From assembly GCA_951406725.2 (NCBI GenBank), contig OX597822.1, positions 65,906,001 to 65,970,000 of the forward strand: DNA of 64,000 nucleotides, written 5' to 3'. The position numbers and the translations under genes were made by a program. Source of the DNA: Octopus vulgaris. Taxonomy: Eukaryota. The notes beneath the pieces were generated by a model, which was not told the origin of the DNA, searched no databases, and saw only the letters and a list, made by a program, of their open reading frames with translations. Positions 38,330-51,879 of this stretch are shown piece by piece; the stretch's first letter is position 1, and each line of letters begins with the position of its first letter.

Positions 38330-39900
38330 TTACTAAAACAAATAGTTCGAAAAATGATTGAAAATGGCCAAACGGCAATGAATTCCATGTTAATTTACTT
38401 AATGAGCACATTCTATGTATAATGTTTTCTTCGAAAGCTCTACTAAATTCAAAATATCACTCACAGCCGATGTTCTTTCTGCTGGATGAATGGACTTATC
38501 GTAAATCATGTAGTCAGCATGCAAGGTAGAAGGGTGGTGTTAGCAAACAATTCCGACGAATGAAAATCTTTTGTATCACAAACTTGAGGACAAGATGAGA
38601 AAAATATAGAGTACCATTTTGAAGTAGTGAAAATAGAAGTGAATGTTTTTCTTTTTAACTGTTTGTAAATGAAAGAAATTTGGCGTATAATGGTGAAGAG
38701 ATTTCGTATTTAAGGGTGAAGATTGGGGACTACCAATAAAGGAAAACTTTATCGTAACCTTAATCGAAAACTTAATGCAGTTTTCGACGCAATTTTATAT
38801 TAATGTGTCGATGTATGTGAAAAGACAATTTTTACTGCACATAGTAGCAGCATTAAATTTTCTTTTCTAGATTTTTACAGAATTGAAGAATTTGAAACAC
38901 TATTTCCACTGAACGACTTCAGGGTAAATTGACTGACAGTGCGGTTTGAAGCTGTAACGACAACTAAAGTCGGATACACGCGTAGTTTAGAAAGACAAAG
39001 GCATATCTCAATATTCAAACGAGAAACCCGAATGCAAGCGAAAAGCTAGCATTTCTCGAAAAAAATTAAGATGGAATATACTATTTTAGCACAAGTTTTG
39101 GGGAAAGGGCTAAATAATTTCAGTAAAACAAATTGAATCCTAAATGCTGGTTGTCATATATTTGAAGGTTCTTTTCATTTTTAATTTACTTTAACATCAA
39201 AGAATTCCGTGAAAATTTAGAAGACAAGATGGCGCTCAATAAATCAGTGGCAAAATATATTCGTGAAGATATCAATTGAAATATTCTGATAATTCCAAAG
39301 TCTTTCTTACAAGCAGTGTTTGACATAGAACACGTGAGGTACTTCTTCGGAAGACAATGGGTAATTTAGAATAGAAGTTGATTATTTGATAACCCTGTTA
39401 AGCAAATGAAGCGACTCATACTGAGAAATTACAAAAGGATTCAACTTGCTCACAGAAATGATAAAAATGTTCATTGACGATACATTGATGGCAGTATTCA
39501 TTGTGGTCAGCGTAAACTTCGTAATATAGAAAGATGTAATATTGACCACAAATTAGCAAATGACTTTTATCTGTTCAGAGAAACTCTTCAGAAATTTGCT
39601 AACACAAATAGATGTGGTCCGAAATAAAATGCTCACAATTTCTTTAGTTTATTTGTGAATAAAATCACCGATATTGCGACTGCACTTTAAATCCAGTTAA
39701 CAATGCGTATCACGGGCTGTGGAGCAGAAAGGAATATCTCAAAGCGTTTCTTTATAACGAACGGATTTCTATCTGCTTTGACTAAAAAGTGCTTAAAGTC
39801 ATTATCGATATTGTCTTGAAAAAGACATTGCCGTGTAAATCTCCTAAGACAAAACATTACATGAATATGCTACGAGATGAAAAAGAAGCAGAAAAATATA
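38330..39900 (+). pseudogene. Highly decayed hAT-superfamily transposase remnant
   Basis: ~39700-39830 translates TMRITGCGAERNISK...LKSLSILS, resembling the hAT dimerisation motif (T.PVT..SAERSFS...RL..L.ILSIE). Upstream fragments are weak, so the boundaries are approximate. Confidence 0.55.
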
Positions 39901-40321
39901 TTTTGTATGATGGATTTCATATTTCATCTAAATTCGTATTCCCATAGGCGTTTAAAATAAATTATTCTATTAACTCTAGTTTTTGCTATGTATAATTTCA
40001 TTAATTTGCAATGCATCAAGCAGGTATATAAAAATCGATAATTTTCATCCCGCTCATAAGTTAGAAATTATATCGCATAGGGAATCTATATTTACGTCAG
40101 TGACTTTAACAAGCAAAGCAACAAAGTACGGCAATTAAAACTTCAATTCCCCAGTAGTGGTTAAATATGTTCAAGTCTATAGTCATCTGTCATGAAAAAA
40201 ATACATAGAAGCTAACAGAGATTACCCAGAAATTGTTGCTGGTAGACTGAATCTCACTGAATGGATCCGTTTTTAAGGACTTCATATAGTTTCACCACCG
40301 ATCTTTGAGAATCAACTTCTA

Positions 40322-41598
40322 CGAGGGGCGTTCAATAAGTAATGCCCCTGACCTACTTGCTGTTGTTTGATCTAGCTGCCATTTTCCATATGCACTTATT
40401 TGTACCTCTATAGATTAAGTGGCGAACTACAGCTCTGAACTAATTTTGGTTTCTGATTTACAGGTGTTTGAACTGAGCCAAGTGTGAAATGGAGCCTGTT
40501 GAGTGTCGAGCAGTGATCTGGATTTTGTATTTGAAAGGACGCACACCACGGGAGACTTTTGATGAATTGAAAGTAACTTATGGTGAAGATGCCCCATCAT
40601 ATGACCTTGTAAAACGCTGGCATTGTGAATTCAAACATAGTCGGAACTCTGTGGAAACAGCTCCCAGATCTGGTCGCCCCCTTCTGCTGTTGAGACGTCT
40701 GTCCGTCAAGTTGAGGCTGCCATTTTGGAAGGTCAACGCATAACTATTCGCCAAATAGCCCATAAGGTCAAGATTAGTACCGGGTCTGTGGAAACTATCA
40801 TTCATGACCATTTGCATATGAAAAAGGTGTCTGCCAGATGGATTTCCAGGTTGCTCACACCTTTCCAGAAGCAAGATAAACGCGTTGAGTGCTCGAGAGA
40901 TGTTGAGTGCTCGAGAGATGTGCCAAGAAGTTGAGTCAAAATTTTTCAAAAGACTGATCACACAGGATAAAACCTGGGTCCATCACTATGATCCATAGAC
41001 CAAAGCCCAGCCAATGCAGTGAAAGCACCGTGACTCACCTCCTCCAAAAAAGGCAAGGGTGCAGCTCTCCGCTGACAAGGTTATGCTCACAGTCTTCTGG
41101 GACCAGGACGGAGTAGTGATGACAGATTTCCTGGCAAAGGGTACCACAATTACAGGAACCTATTATGCTTCACTTTTGAGGAAATTAAGAGAAGCTATCA
41201 AAATCAAGAGGCGGGGCAAGATCAGCAAAGGCATCCTCCTCCTGCAGGACAACGCTCCGGTCCACAACTCGCGTGTCGCCAGATCAGAAGTACAGGCATG
41301 CAGCTATGAAATCCTCCCCTTGCACCCTCTGATTTTCACCTCTTCCCAGCCATGAAGTTGATTTTGAAAGGAAAGCGTTTCCCAGACGATGCAGCCTTGA
41401 TTTCTGAAGTCACGTCGTGGATGGAGGACCAAGCTGGGGTCTTCTACAAAAACGGTCTCCAGAGCTGTATCAAACGATGGGAGAAATGCATAACTCTGGG
41501 TAGTTCCTATGTAGGAAAAGACTAATAACTGTGCCAAGTGTCGTTGCTCTACTGCTATGGGAAGTGGGTCAGGGGCATTACTTATTGAACGCCTCTCG
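40322..41598 (+). mobile_element. Near full-length mariner transposon (~1.28 kb; irritans/Himar1-like)
   Basis: TIRs CGAG(G/A)GGCGTTCAATAAGTAATGCCCCTGACC at both ends, with a TA TSD at 40320-40321 and 41599-41600. Confidence 0.95.
40489..41526 (+). pseudogene. Mariner DD34D transposase, frameshifted
   Basis: MEPVECRAVI...APRSGRP, KKVSARWISRLLT, TQDKTWVHHYDP, KVMLTVFWD, LLQDNAPVH and APSDFHLFP are split over several frames. Confidence 0.92.
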
Positions 41599-42544
41599 TA
41601 TCTTTTGTTGCAAAACGCAGCAGGTGTTGTTTTGTTTTTCCTATCTACGAGGCGCAGATCTCGGACATATGAAACAAGATATAGGCTTGAGGTAATGTGT
41701 CAATAAACATTACGTAAAATTTAAAAAATCTAAAATTTTGTATGGAAATCTGCCGAAAATAAATGTGAAGTGGAACTTCCAATGAATTATCATTTCCAGC
41801 TATCAAAGGCCGTTCGAAAGATTTAAGAAATATCTTAATTCTCACAACCCAAACTTCACTGGTGAAGCTACATGTGCTAATGCGAAAGCTGCTGGGAATT
41901 GTCCGATCACCTGATGAAAACGATTACAAAAGGAGGTTATACATTATAGTAAGTAATCAATGTTGATGACTCTGTAGTTTTTTTAAAACTCATGCTTGCT
42001 CGAACTTTAGTTCACGAGAAGAAAATGAACTTCAGGAGCCATGGCAGTAGTTCTCAAGCGGAGGTCTATATCATCATTAGAGGTGCTCACAAGAAACGTA
42101 GTAAGTTGGGGATCCACAGTAGTATTTTAAGGGTCCATGAAAAAGTGTTGCTTTAAGGTGTAATTATTAATTAATTTAAGAAACCGCTCAGATTCCCTCT
42201 CCCAAAAAAATTAAAAAGACAAAACAAAATAGAATTTCGAAAGAAGCATCTATGTCTAGCTTTGAGAGTTTCTGTAACTGATATATATATATATATCAGC
42301 TACAGAAACTCTCAAAGCTAGACACCAATATCTAAGCGCTTTCAAAGAAGAAAATAGAATATCTATGCTTAAAAACAATAATATATTAATGTAAGTAGAA
42401 GCCTTGTAAGTAGAATTCACAGACACTTTCCACTTTACTAGAATTAAGGACAATTCAGAATAACAAAACTAAGATACAAAATTTCAGAAAAAGCATAACA
42501 AATATGAAATGATACACACACGTACACAAACATTAATATTAGTG

Positions 42545-42595
<51 letters not shown>

Positions 42596-42606
42596 TATAT
42601 CATTAT

Positions 42607-42998
42607 ACTCATTTACTTGTTTCAGTCATTTGACTGCGGCCATACTGGATCACCGCCTTTAGTCGAGCAAGCCATCCCAAGGACTTATCCTGTTTAAGCC
42701 TAGAATTTATTCTATCGGAGTCTTTTGCCGAACCGCTAAGTTACGAGGACGTAAACAGACTACCATCGGTTGTGAAATGATGTTAGGGGGGACACACACA
42801 CAGACATATACATACATACAAATATATGTACATATATGTACATATATACGACTAGCTTCTTTCAATTTCCTTGTACCAAAACCACTCACAAGGATTTGGT
42901 CAGCCCGAGGCTATAGTAGAAGATGCCACGCAGTGAAAACGAACCCGGAACCATGTGGTTGGTAAGCAAGCTACTTACCAGACAGCCACTCCTGCGCC
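42607..42998 (-). mobile_element. SINE family A
   Basis: Collinear with the other family A copies. Confidence 0.88.
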
Positions 42999-43020
42999 TT
43001 TATGTTTATATTATATAATG

Positions 43021-43074
<54 letters not shown>

Positions 43075-43679
43075 TCGTTTTACTATAATTTAACCAGAAG
43101 GTTTTATAGCATGTTGGCCACTTGATATTATCATTTACATCATTTTATCCTTGTTTATATGTATCACACACACGCACAGACACAAACACAGACACACACA
43201 CATATATATATAAGTATATGCAAGATTTTGTATGCATATATATGCGTAAGTGTTGACATTTTTAACTTAAGATGCATTATAGTATGTTTATCATAGCCTT
43301 TCTAGTAACTCATCTTACCTTTTCCGGTCGTCCTAATTATTCTACACCCGAATTACTCAATTAATTGACAAATTGACTTACATACTGATGTGTCGACATA
43401 CAGCGACACAAACAGACACCAATACACACACACACACACATTCTGGCTTACTGCTTTCCCCATAACAAAAATTAAAATATATATTTTTAATTTAACGAAG
43501 CAAACATGAATTGAATACACGGCGTAGAAATCAACGAAGGAGTCATCGCATATGTACACACACAATGACCAGATGTGTGTTTGCTGGTGGAGTTTATTGC
43601 CAAAGAAGCTATCATGTAATTAGTGACACGCGTACGCACACGCACACATGCACACAAGCACACACATTTATTGATTTTG

Positions 43680-43861
43680 TTATTATACGTGTATATATGT
43701 ATATATGTATATATGTGTGTGTGTATGTTTGTGTGTATGTGTGTGTTGTGTGTGTATAAATGTATATATATATATATTATATATGCGTGTATATGTGTGT
43801 CTGTATAAAATAGATCTATATGCATGTAGCATATAAGTATACACACACACAAACACACACA

Positions 43862-43914
<53 letters not shown>

Positions 43915-43984
43915 GTGTGTGTGTAGATGAGTGTATATACACAGACTCACACACGCACTTATACATGTGTTCAAATAGATATAA

Positions 43985-44019
<35 letters not shown>

Positions 44020-44240
44020 CATACATATATACATATATATATGCATACAAGATGTATATATATATGTGTGTGTGTATGTATGTGTATATGTATATATATA
44101 CACACACACACACATATATATAAATATATATACATATATATATATGTCTATATATATATCCATATATTACACATATATATCTATGTATATATATATATAT
44201 ATAGACACACACATATATATAGACGTATATATATATATAT
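43680..44240. repeat. (TA)/(TG)/(CA) microsatellite field
   Basis: Seen directly in the sequence. Confidence 0.9.
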
Positions 44241-44417
44241 AGTTGTACATGCCTTTATTATCCACTCCTTACTAATATATCCATCATAGAACGCCATTCA
44301 CTGACACTTCATTAACTTTCCTATTAAAGACGCTTATAAAATTCTCATTAATTTTGTGAATTTTCAAAAATTGGCTGAATTTAATTTCTATACTTAAGCT
44401 TAAACACAGGATTTACG

Positions 44418-46380
44418 GTGTGGTGGTGGTGTTGTTGTTGGTGGTGGTGTTGGAGTTGATGATGGTGGTGATGGTGGTGCTGTTGGAATTGATGGTAATG
44501 ATGGAGGTCACGGTGACGGTGATGGTGGTGTTGGTGGTAGTGGTTGCGGTGGTGATGATGTCTATGGTGGTGTCGGAGATGGTGGTCGTGCTAATGAAGG
44601 TGATGATGGTGGTGTTGTTAATGGCGATGGTAGTGGAGCGGGGTGATGGTGGTGGCGGTGGTTATGGTAGTGTTGATGCTAATAATGATGGCTGTAGTGA
44701 TGGTGAGATGTGTTGTTGCTATTGGTTCGTTGTCGTTGTTGTGTTTTTGCAGTTATGGTAATTGTGTTTGCGGTGATGGTTTCGCGATGGTATTGGTGAT
44801 GGTGGTGGTAGTAGGGATGGTATGTTGAATTCATGGTGGATATGGTGGAGATGATGTAGAGTTGTGGCGTTAGTGGTAGTTGCTATTATGGCGGTGTATT
44901 TCCTTGTGAGTGAAGGCGTGTAGCCTAGAGGTTAGGTTATTCAGCTCACAATCGTAAGGTCTTGAGCTCGATTCACGGCAGCGAATTGTCTCCTTGAGCA
45001 AGATACTATATACCCCGTAGCTTCAATCAACCCAGCTGGCAAAAATAAGTAGTACCTGTAATTCAAAAAGGGCCAACCTTATCACATTCTGTGTGTCAAA
45101 CTGAATCTCCCTGAGGACTACGTTAAGCGTACGCGTGTCTGTAGATTGCTCAGCCACTTACAAGTTAAGTTTACAAGGTAATTGCTCTGTTCGTTGGATC
45201 AACCAGAATCCTCGCCGTCGTAACCAATGGAGTACCAGTAACTTTTGCTGTGATAGTGTTGGTTTCTTTTACTGTCAGTGACTGTGTTGGTTGCGGTGAA
45301 TCTAATAATGGCAGTGTTGGTGGTGAATCTAACAATGGCAGTGGTTACGGGGAATTTAATGTCGGTGGTGTCATGCAGCGGTTGCTGTATGGTTGTTATG
45401 GTGATAGTTCTGCGTTTTAGTGGCGTTGTTATCAAGCACTGTTGTGCTAGTTCTGTGATTGCGTTAGTGGGTGTTTTGCTGTGACATGAATAGCAGCAGT
45501 ATTGATAGTGATGACACTGCGATTGTTGTAGTGGCGGAGGTAGTGATAGTGGTAGTGTACTGTGGCATATGGTTTTAGTAAGATGCTAGGTGGTGTCTGT
45601 TGGCGTGTTGTGGCACGCGTGGTGTGTGGTGGACACAATGCTTTGATAGAGGTAGAGATAAGAAAGTTAGAATACTGTTGTAATACTGTTTCTAGTAGTA
45701 GTGGTGGTAGTGGTAGTGGTGATAGTAGAGCGGTGGTACGTGCGCTGGTGGCGAACGGTATGGTTTAAGTAAGTGTGCGTACATGCATAGTGGTGGTGTG
45801 TAGTGAGGATAGAGGTAAGGTGCTGATCATGTGATGGTAAATATAGAGACAGTGATGCTGATGGTGATGGTGATGGTGGTGGTGATGATGATGTTGTTGG
45901 TGATGGTGGCGGTGGTAATGGTGGTGGTGATGTTTGTGATCTTGGTAGTGGCAGTAGTGGTGATGATGGAGATGTAAGGGGTTGCGGTGGTGGTGGTGGT
46001 GGTGGTAATGGTGTTGGTGATAGTGGTGATGGAGGTCATGATGGTGGTTATTGTGATGGTGGTGATGATTGCGGTGGTGGCAGTGATGATGCTGATGGTG
46101 GCAGTGGTGGTTGTGATGATAGAGTTGATGGTGTTGGGGATGGTGGTGATGGAGGTCGTGATGGTGATTATAATAGTGGTATTGGTGGTGATGGCATTGG
46201 TATTGTTGGTTGTGATGGGGACAGTTGTAGTGGTAGTGAGGATGATTGTGGTAGTCGCGGTGCTGCTAGTGGTTGCTGTTGTTGTTGTAGGTGGTGGTGC
46301 TGGTGGTGGTGGTGGTGGTGGTGGTGGTGGTGGTGGTGGTGGTGGTGGTGGTATTGTTAGTGGTGATGGTGATAGTGGAG
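44418..46380. repeat. Degenerate (GGT)/(GAT) low-complexity field
   Basis: GT-rich triplet repeats, interrupted by a SINE at 44912-45240. Confidence 0.85.
44912..45240 (+). mobile_element. tRNA-derived SINE family D (CORE-like)
   Basis: TAGCCTAGAGGTTAG (box A), GCTCGATTC (box B) and TCCTTGAGCAAGA. Homologous to 61322-61615 (minus). Confidence 0.75.
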
Positions 46381-46794
46381 ATATATTTTGAGGTGACGCG
46401 TGCGGTGGTGATTCAATGTGAAGTGGTAGTGCCGTGCTGCGGCGTGCAGTGTCGTTGATGGTGCATGGGGACGGTATAGTCTATTGTGCCGCGGGGTGTT
46501 GCTGGTGTTTGCATTGAAAGCTATGGAAGCTATATTGATAATAATGACGATGGCGTTAACATTTTTGACGTGCGGTAGTGTGTGGTGTTTATATAATGCC
46601 TGATGTTTGGCTCAGTATAAGAGGAAACGGTGGAAAGGAATGTGTTGTTGATTGCTGTTCTTTAGCCCGGGTTCGATTCTAACCCAGAAAAATCTATGAG
46701 CAATGACCAAAGATATTAAACATGCCACGCATGTACGTATATTTTAAACGTGTAGGAGACTACATAATCTAATGCACTCTTTATTTGGAAAAGT

Positions 46795-46952
46795 GATTGT
46801 CTTTACGTTTTGAGTTCAAATTCCACCCAGGCTGACTTTGCATTTCATCCTTTCGGGGTCGATAAATTAAGTACCAGTTGCATACTGGAGTCGATCTAAT
46901 CGATTGGCCCCCTCCCCCACCCAATTTCGGGCCTTGTGCCTAGAGTAGAAAA
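46795..46952 (+). mobile_element. SINE family B, 5' truncated
   Basis: GAGTTCAAATTCC...TTTCATCCTTTCGGGGTCGATAAATTAAGTACCAG...CCTAGAGTAGAAAAG. Confidence 0.8.
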
Positions 46953-47072
46953 GGAAAAGTGTTCTGGTATTCTTTGCCAGGAATTTGGCAGGTATTTTTA
47001 AATTCTTCAATACTAACGGATTTCATTTAGGTTATTATAATTACACAGACCGCAAAACACTTCATCATATAT

Positions 47073-47854
47073 AGGCGCAGGAGTGGCTGTGGCGTAAGAC
47101 GTTTGCTTCCCAACCACATGGTTCAGGTCTCAGCCCCACTGCATAGCACCTTGGGCAAATGTCATCTACTATAGCCTCGCGCCGACCAAAGTCTTGTGAA
47201 TGGATTTAGTGGAGGAAACTGAAAGAAGACCGTCGTATATATGTCTATATATATAATGTGGAGGCGCAATGGCCCAGTGGTTAGGGCAGCGGACTCGCGA
47301 TCGCAGGATCGCGGTTTCGATTCCCAGACCGGGCGTTGTGAGTGTTTATTGAGCGGAAACACATAAAAGCTCCACGAGCCTCCGGCAGGGGGGGGGGGAG
47401 GATCCCTGCTGTACTCTTTCACCACTCTTTCTCCCAGTCTTTCTTCTGTTGGCCTGCTCGCTTAGCCAGCGGGGTGGCGTCATTCGAAGGCGATATGTAA
47501 CAACATCTGATGGTCTGGTCACGTGATATATATATATAGACCATCAGCTATTGTTACATATCGCTGGTCACAATGCGTTCGCATTGTTTTAGCCTACATA
47601 TATGTATGTATGTAGATATATACACACATACATATATATATATGTGTGTATATATATATGTGTGTTAGTGTCTTTGTGGCTGTATTTACCTCCTCCCCAT
47701 TACCGCTTGACAGCCGGTGTTGGTGTGTTTATGCACCAGAAACTTAACGGTTCGGCAAAAGAGACAGATAGAATAAGTTCTAAGCTTAAGAAAGAAGTCA
47801 TGGCGTCGCTCCAGCGTGGCCGCAGTCAAACGCGTGAAACAAGTAAAAGAATAA
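47073..47854 (+). mobile_element. SINE family A split by a family C SINE in its (TA)n
   Basis: Head at 47073-47236 and tail at 47670-47854. Confidence 0.8.
47258..47595 (+). mobile_element. tRNA-derived SINE family C with an inverted tail copy
   Basis: TGGCCCAGTGGTTAG (box A) and GTTTCGATTCC (box B). The head is homologous to that of 48885-49156 (minus). Confidence 0.8.
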
Positions 47855-48109
47855 GACAATATAGACATACGCGTGTGTGTCTGTTTGTGTGTATGTTTGC
47901 GTTTGTGTTTTTGTATGTGGTGAATGTTTGTGTGTGTGTGTGTGTTTGTGGGTCCGTGTGTGTAGCATGTACGCGTGTATATGTGTCAGTAGGGCTTTGG
48001 GAAGAGATACGTGGTCTAACGTATGTATGTCCAAAATACCATAACATTGGGCATGACTCACGTGTCTTTGAACTTTTAGCTTTTGTTTAAGTAGAGCAAT
48101 GTTTGTTAG

Positions 48110-48280
48110 CCTGTCTTTTCAACTTACGCTGCTCAATACCACGTCTCCAAACCAACTTCTCCATTTCTGTGTACACTGTCCAAGTTTCTGCCTCGTAGAT
48201 GACATGTAGCATAATACAGCAGTTTACCAGCCTTAGTTCTAGGTGAGTGTTAAGTCTATTTTTTCTTCTGAGACGTCCAA
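48110..48280 (-). mobile_element. Decayed RTE-like LINE fragment
   Basis: The minus strand reads LRLVNCCIMLHVIYEAETWTVY, resembling the LYG.ETW motif. Confidence 0.5.
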
Positions 48281-48884
48281 TGTTTTAACTTCCTTATTTT
48301 CTGAATGACTGAGAGAAATTCTTGAGTTGTAATTTGACTTAATATTCAAGTATTTAGGAAAAATAATAAATTGTACACCGGAATCCAAATTCACATTTTC
48401 ATTCGGTAGTAATCTACAAATTCGGTGGTTTTCTCTTTATGTATGTTTCATACTCTAGTATATATATATATATATATACATATCTGAAAGCAGGGTTCAA
48501 CTAAGAACCTAAAACACTGCAGGCAGTGTACTTTCGAATATTTAACCCTATATATGCATGCACAGGTAAATCTGTGGCATTTTTAGATTTTCAGGACAGA
48601 ACGATTTTATTTCGATTACCATAATTTCACAGCCCGAAGAATATTCCTTGATACGTATATATATGTATACATAAATGCATACATAGTTACATGCATATAT
48701 ACATGCATACATACACGCATGCCCATACATGCATGTATACTTACTTGAACATATACATACGTAAATGCATACATAACCACATTTGAACATATATGTGTAA
48801 CGATATGTGTCTGCAGTCTGGCTCCTCCCTTACAAATGACTAAGCGACCGGTATAATGCCAAACTTAATTTATATTTGTTATTT

Positions 48885-49156
48885 GTTCATTCTCGAACCA
48901 TACCTGACTCATAAGGGCCGGTGTCCCGGTTTTCTTGGCGTATATGTCCCCCACCTAGACGGGACGCCGGTTCGTCGCAGGTGGAGAAAGTGAGAGAAAG
49001 TTGTGGAGAAAGAGTCAGCAGAAGTTCACCATTACCTTCTGCCGGAGCCGCGTGGATCTTAGGCGTTTCGCTCATAAACACACACATCGCCCGGTCTGAG
49101 ATTCGAATCCGCGATCCCGAGACCGCTGCTCTAACCACTAGGCCATGTGCCTCCAC
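48885..49156 (-). mobile_element. SINE family C-related copy
   Basis: Reverse complement GTGGAGGCACATGGCCTAGTGGTTAGAGCAGCGG...GATTCGAATCTCAGACCGGGCG. Confidence 0.8.
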
Positions 49157-49768
49157 TGATTTATATTTAGTTGACTAAATATATAAAGCCCCTAGATGTT
49201 ATGACAAGAACGAAAAATGTGTGTGCAAGTATAAACATACCTATATGTGTGTTTATGTTTCTGTTTCGTAGACAAGAGAATAAATGAGAGAGAGAGAGAT
49301 AGAGAGAAAGAGAGAAAGAAAGAATGAGAGAGAGAAAGAGAAAATATTTAACACTGCTCTTATCATTAAGCTGGATCGATGAGCTTCTACTGTGATTGTC
49401 TCTCTCTGTGGATTTTTCAAATGACCGGCATTACAGCACTCGAAACGTTGGTTAACCAGAAATGTTTGGTAATAGGGAAGTAAACCACCAGACGGTTGAT
49501 GTACAAACGGACGCTAGCAACCGAAACATAAAGGCGATGTTTTAAATGAATTTCTTGAAGTAACATAATTTACATGCAATCTGACGAGGACTTCTTACAC
49601 CAAAATGCAATAAAACTCTAGATGGGGTAATTTATTCATAATAAATATCCCATTAAAAAATTAATGGATTTCTAATATTTTATTTGGTGTATATATGAAT
49701 GTGTATGTGTATATGAGTATGCATATATGTGTGTATATGTGTATGGGTGAGCCTGTGTGTTGTATGGT

Positions 49769-49824
<56 letters not shown>

Positions 49825-50127
49825 CGTGTGTGTTATCAGCGTGTGTGTTATCAGCCAGAAACATAAAACTTTAAGGATGCGATAAATATGTAAAGAATGA
49901 GAGCGGAAGGGAGAAATGGAAAGGAGTAAAGATGTGGTGAAAGAACGGCCGATTTTATTAAATATTTATTGTTGGGAATTGCTAATTATAAAATAATTTG
50001 GACATGATCAGCGCAGATCTGTTTCATCAGACCTTTTAAATATTAGGATCCATAGCTATTTTTTCTGAAAGTACATTCCTGTGTCCGAAGTTTGTTAGAG
50101 CTTCTATAACATTGCAGCGTTTGTAAT

Positions 50128-50519
50128 GCGGCGAGCTGGCAGAAACGTTGGCACCCCCGGGCGAAATGCGTAGCCGTATTTCGTCTGCCGTTACATTCTG
50201 AGTTCAAATTCGGCCGAGGTCGACTTTGCCTTTCATCTTTTCGGGGTCGATTAAATAAAACTGGGGTCGATATAATCGACTTAATCCCTTTGTCTGTCCT
50301 TGTTTGTCCCCTCTGTGTTTAGCCTCTACGTATGTAGTAAAGAAATAGGTATTTCGTATGTCTTTATGTTCTGAGTTCATATTCCGCCGAGGTCGACTTT
50401 GCCTTTCATCATTTCGGGGTCGATAAATTAAGTACCAGTTACTTACTGAGTCGATCTAATCGACCAGCCCCCTCCCCAAAATTTCGGGCCTTGTTCCTAG
50501 AGTAGAAAAAGAATATTTG
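50128..50519 (+). mobile_element. SINE family B dimer with a 12-bp TSD
   Basis: AGCGTTTGTAAT at 50116-50127 and 50520-50531; two internal units. Confidence 0.88.
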
Positions 50520-51117
50520 AGCGTTTGTAATATTTGTATGTCTACGTAAATCGGTATATTTCAGGACACCTAACAAATGCAACATATCTCTAGTGAAGCA
50601 GCGCGGCTTAGAGGTTGAACTTGTTCTCTTACATAGCAGTTTCGATTTCCAGTCGTAATTTGATTGTGAGAAAAAATTTTACTTTAAGGTTGTAATCCAT
50701 TTAGTCGAAAGTGAGTACTAGTATGTGAGAGGGTTAAACCTGGAATCGCAATAAGTACAAGACACACAAATAAGTAAATTTCGCTAACATATTTATTTTA
50801 TCAATATAAAAAATATCAGGTGATACCAATCATGATGGGTTTTACCTTATACGTACATTTATGATTAAAATATAATAAGTTTGTGGTCAGACTGGGCCAA
50901 AATTAGGCGTTTTAAATCAATACAAGATTGCAGTTTTCTTGCTAACCTTCCTGTCGTTTTTATAAGTATGTGTATTGAATCTAACTTCAGTAGCTTTCTC
51001 CAATTTATTGCGTTGTTTCAGTATTATGGGATAAATGTAAATATACTGTACAAAATTTCCAGAGTGCATATAACTGGTAAAAGCGCATACGCTGAGTCGT
51101 AAATATGCTGATATACA

Positions 51118-51348
51118 TAGGGGTGCTATTTTTTTAAAAAGTCACCAGCTTTGATGAACATAGGAGTTAAAATTCTCCGAAGCCACAAAAATTAAGATTA
51201 TATTTACACAGGCATTGTTGGAAAAAAAAAATCACTAATTTTTTTTCGAACCATACCTGTGTAAATGTAGTGTTAATTTTTGGGCTTCGGTGGAATTTTA
51301 ACTCTTATGTTTAGCAAAGCAGGAGTTTTTTAAAAGAAAGTACCCTTA
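51118..51348. mobile_element. Palindromic (foldback) MITE
   Basis: The left half (GAGTTAAAATTC..CCGAAGCC..AAAAATTAA..ATTTACACAGG) pairs with the right half, leaving a loop of ~8 nt. TA at both ends. Confidence 0.8.
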
Positions 51349-51744
51349 TTATATATAGTCTTTTTTATATATACATGTAATCATTTTGCCTATACTGCTG
51401 TAGCTTGCGGCCACAAACATTGATATCTCTCATGAGTATTAATTTTCTTTATGTATGCATGTGTTTGTTTGTTTTCTTTTGTCTTTTTTGCCGTACACAT
51501 TCGCTAGCTTTCTTACAAAGGGGTCTAATGCTCTTAGCTTAGACATTTTTGGGGACAACCAGATTGAACCATTTTAAGTGTAACTGTCCGAAATGGTCGT
51601 GACTTCTGGTACTTGACTGATGAAAGATAGCCAAGAATGACCCATCTTTTTTTGCCTATCCTACTAATTGTTGTTTCTCTTGTCTGCCTTTGTGCTTCCC
51701 TATCTGTCCGAACGTTTTAATGCCCTCTGTTGCGTTTTTGTTCC

Positions 51745-51780
<36 letters not shown>

Positions 51781-51879
51781 TCGTGTATTTGTATGCGTGT
51801 ATATATGATGTATGTATGTTTACATAGACTTAGATACGCAGATAATTAAGTAAGTGTTTTTTTTAGTTTGAATTTTCCC

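Noticed and set aside
44420-46391. Val/Met/Gly-rich ORFs resembling membrane or mucin-like proteins
   Set aside because: GGT/GAT low-complexity DNA, interrupted by a SINE.
47258-47340. Possible tRNA gene
   Set aside because: Box A/B and a tRNA-like head are present, but the sequence continues into a repeat body shared with 48885-49156 and I could not form a clean acceptor stem. It is a SINE head, as are the heads of families A, B and D.
49370-49620. Hammerhead-like fragments (TCGATGAG...CTCGAAAC; CTGACGAGG...CCAAAA), with similar ones near 54380 and 55060
   Set aside because: Cores or stems are incomplete, and there is no second copy in the window to test conservation.
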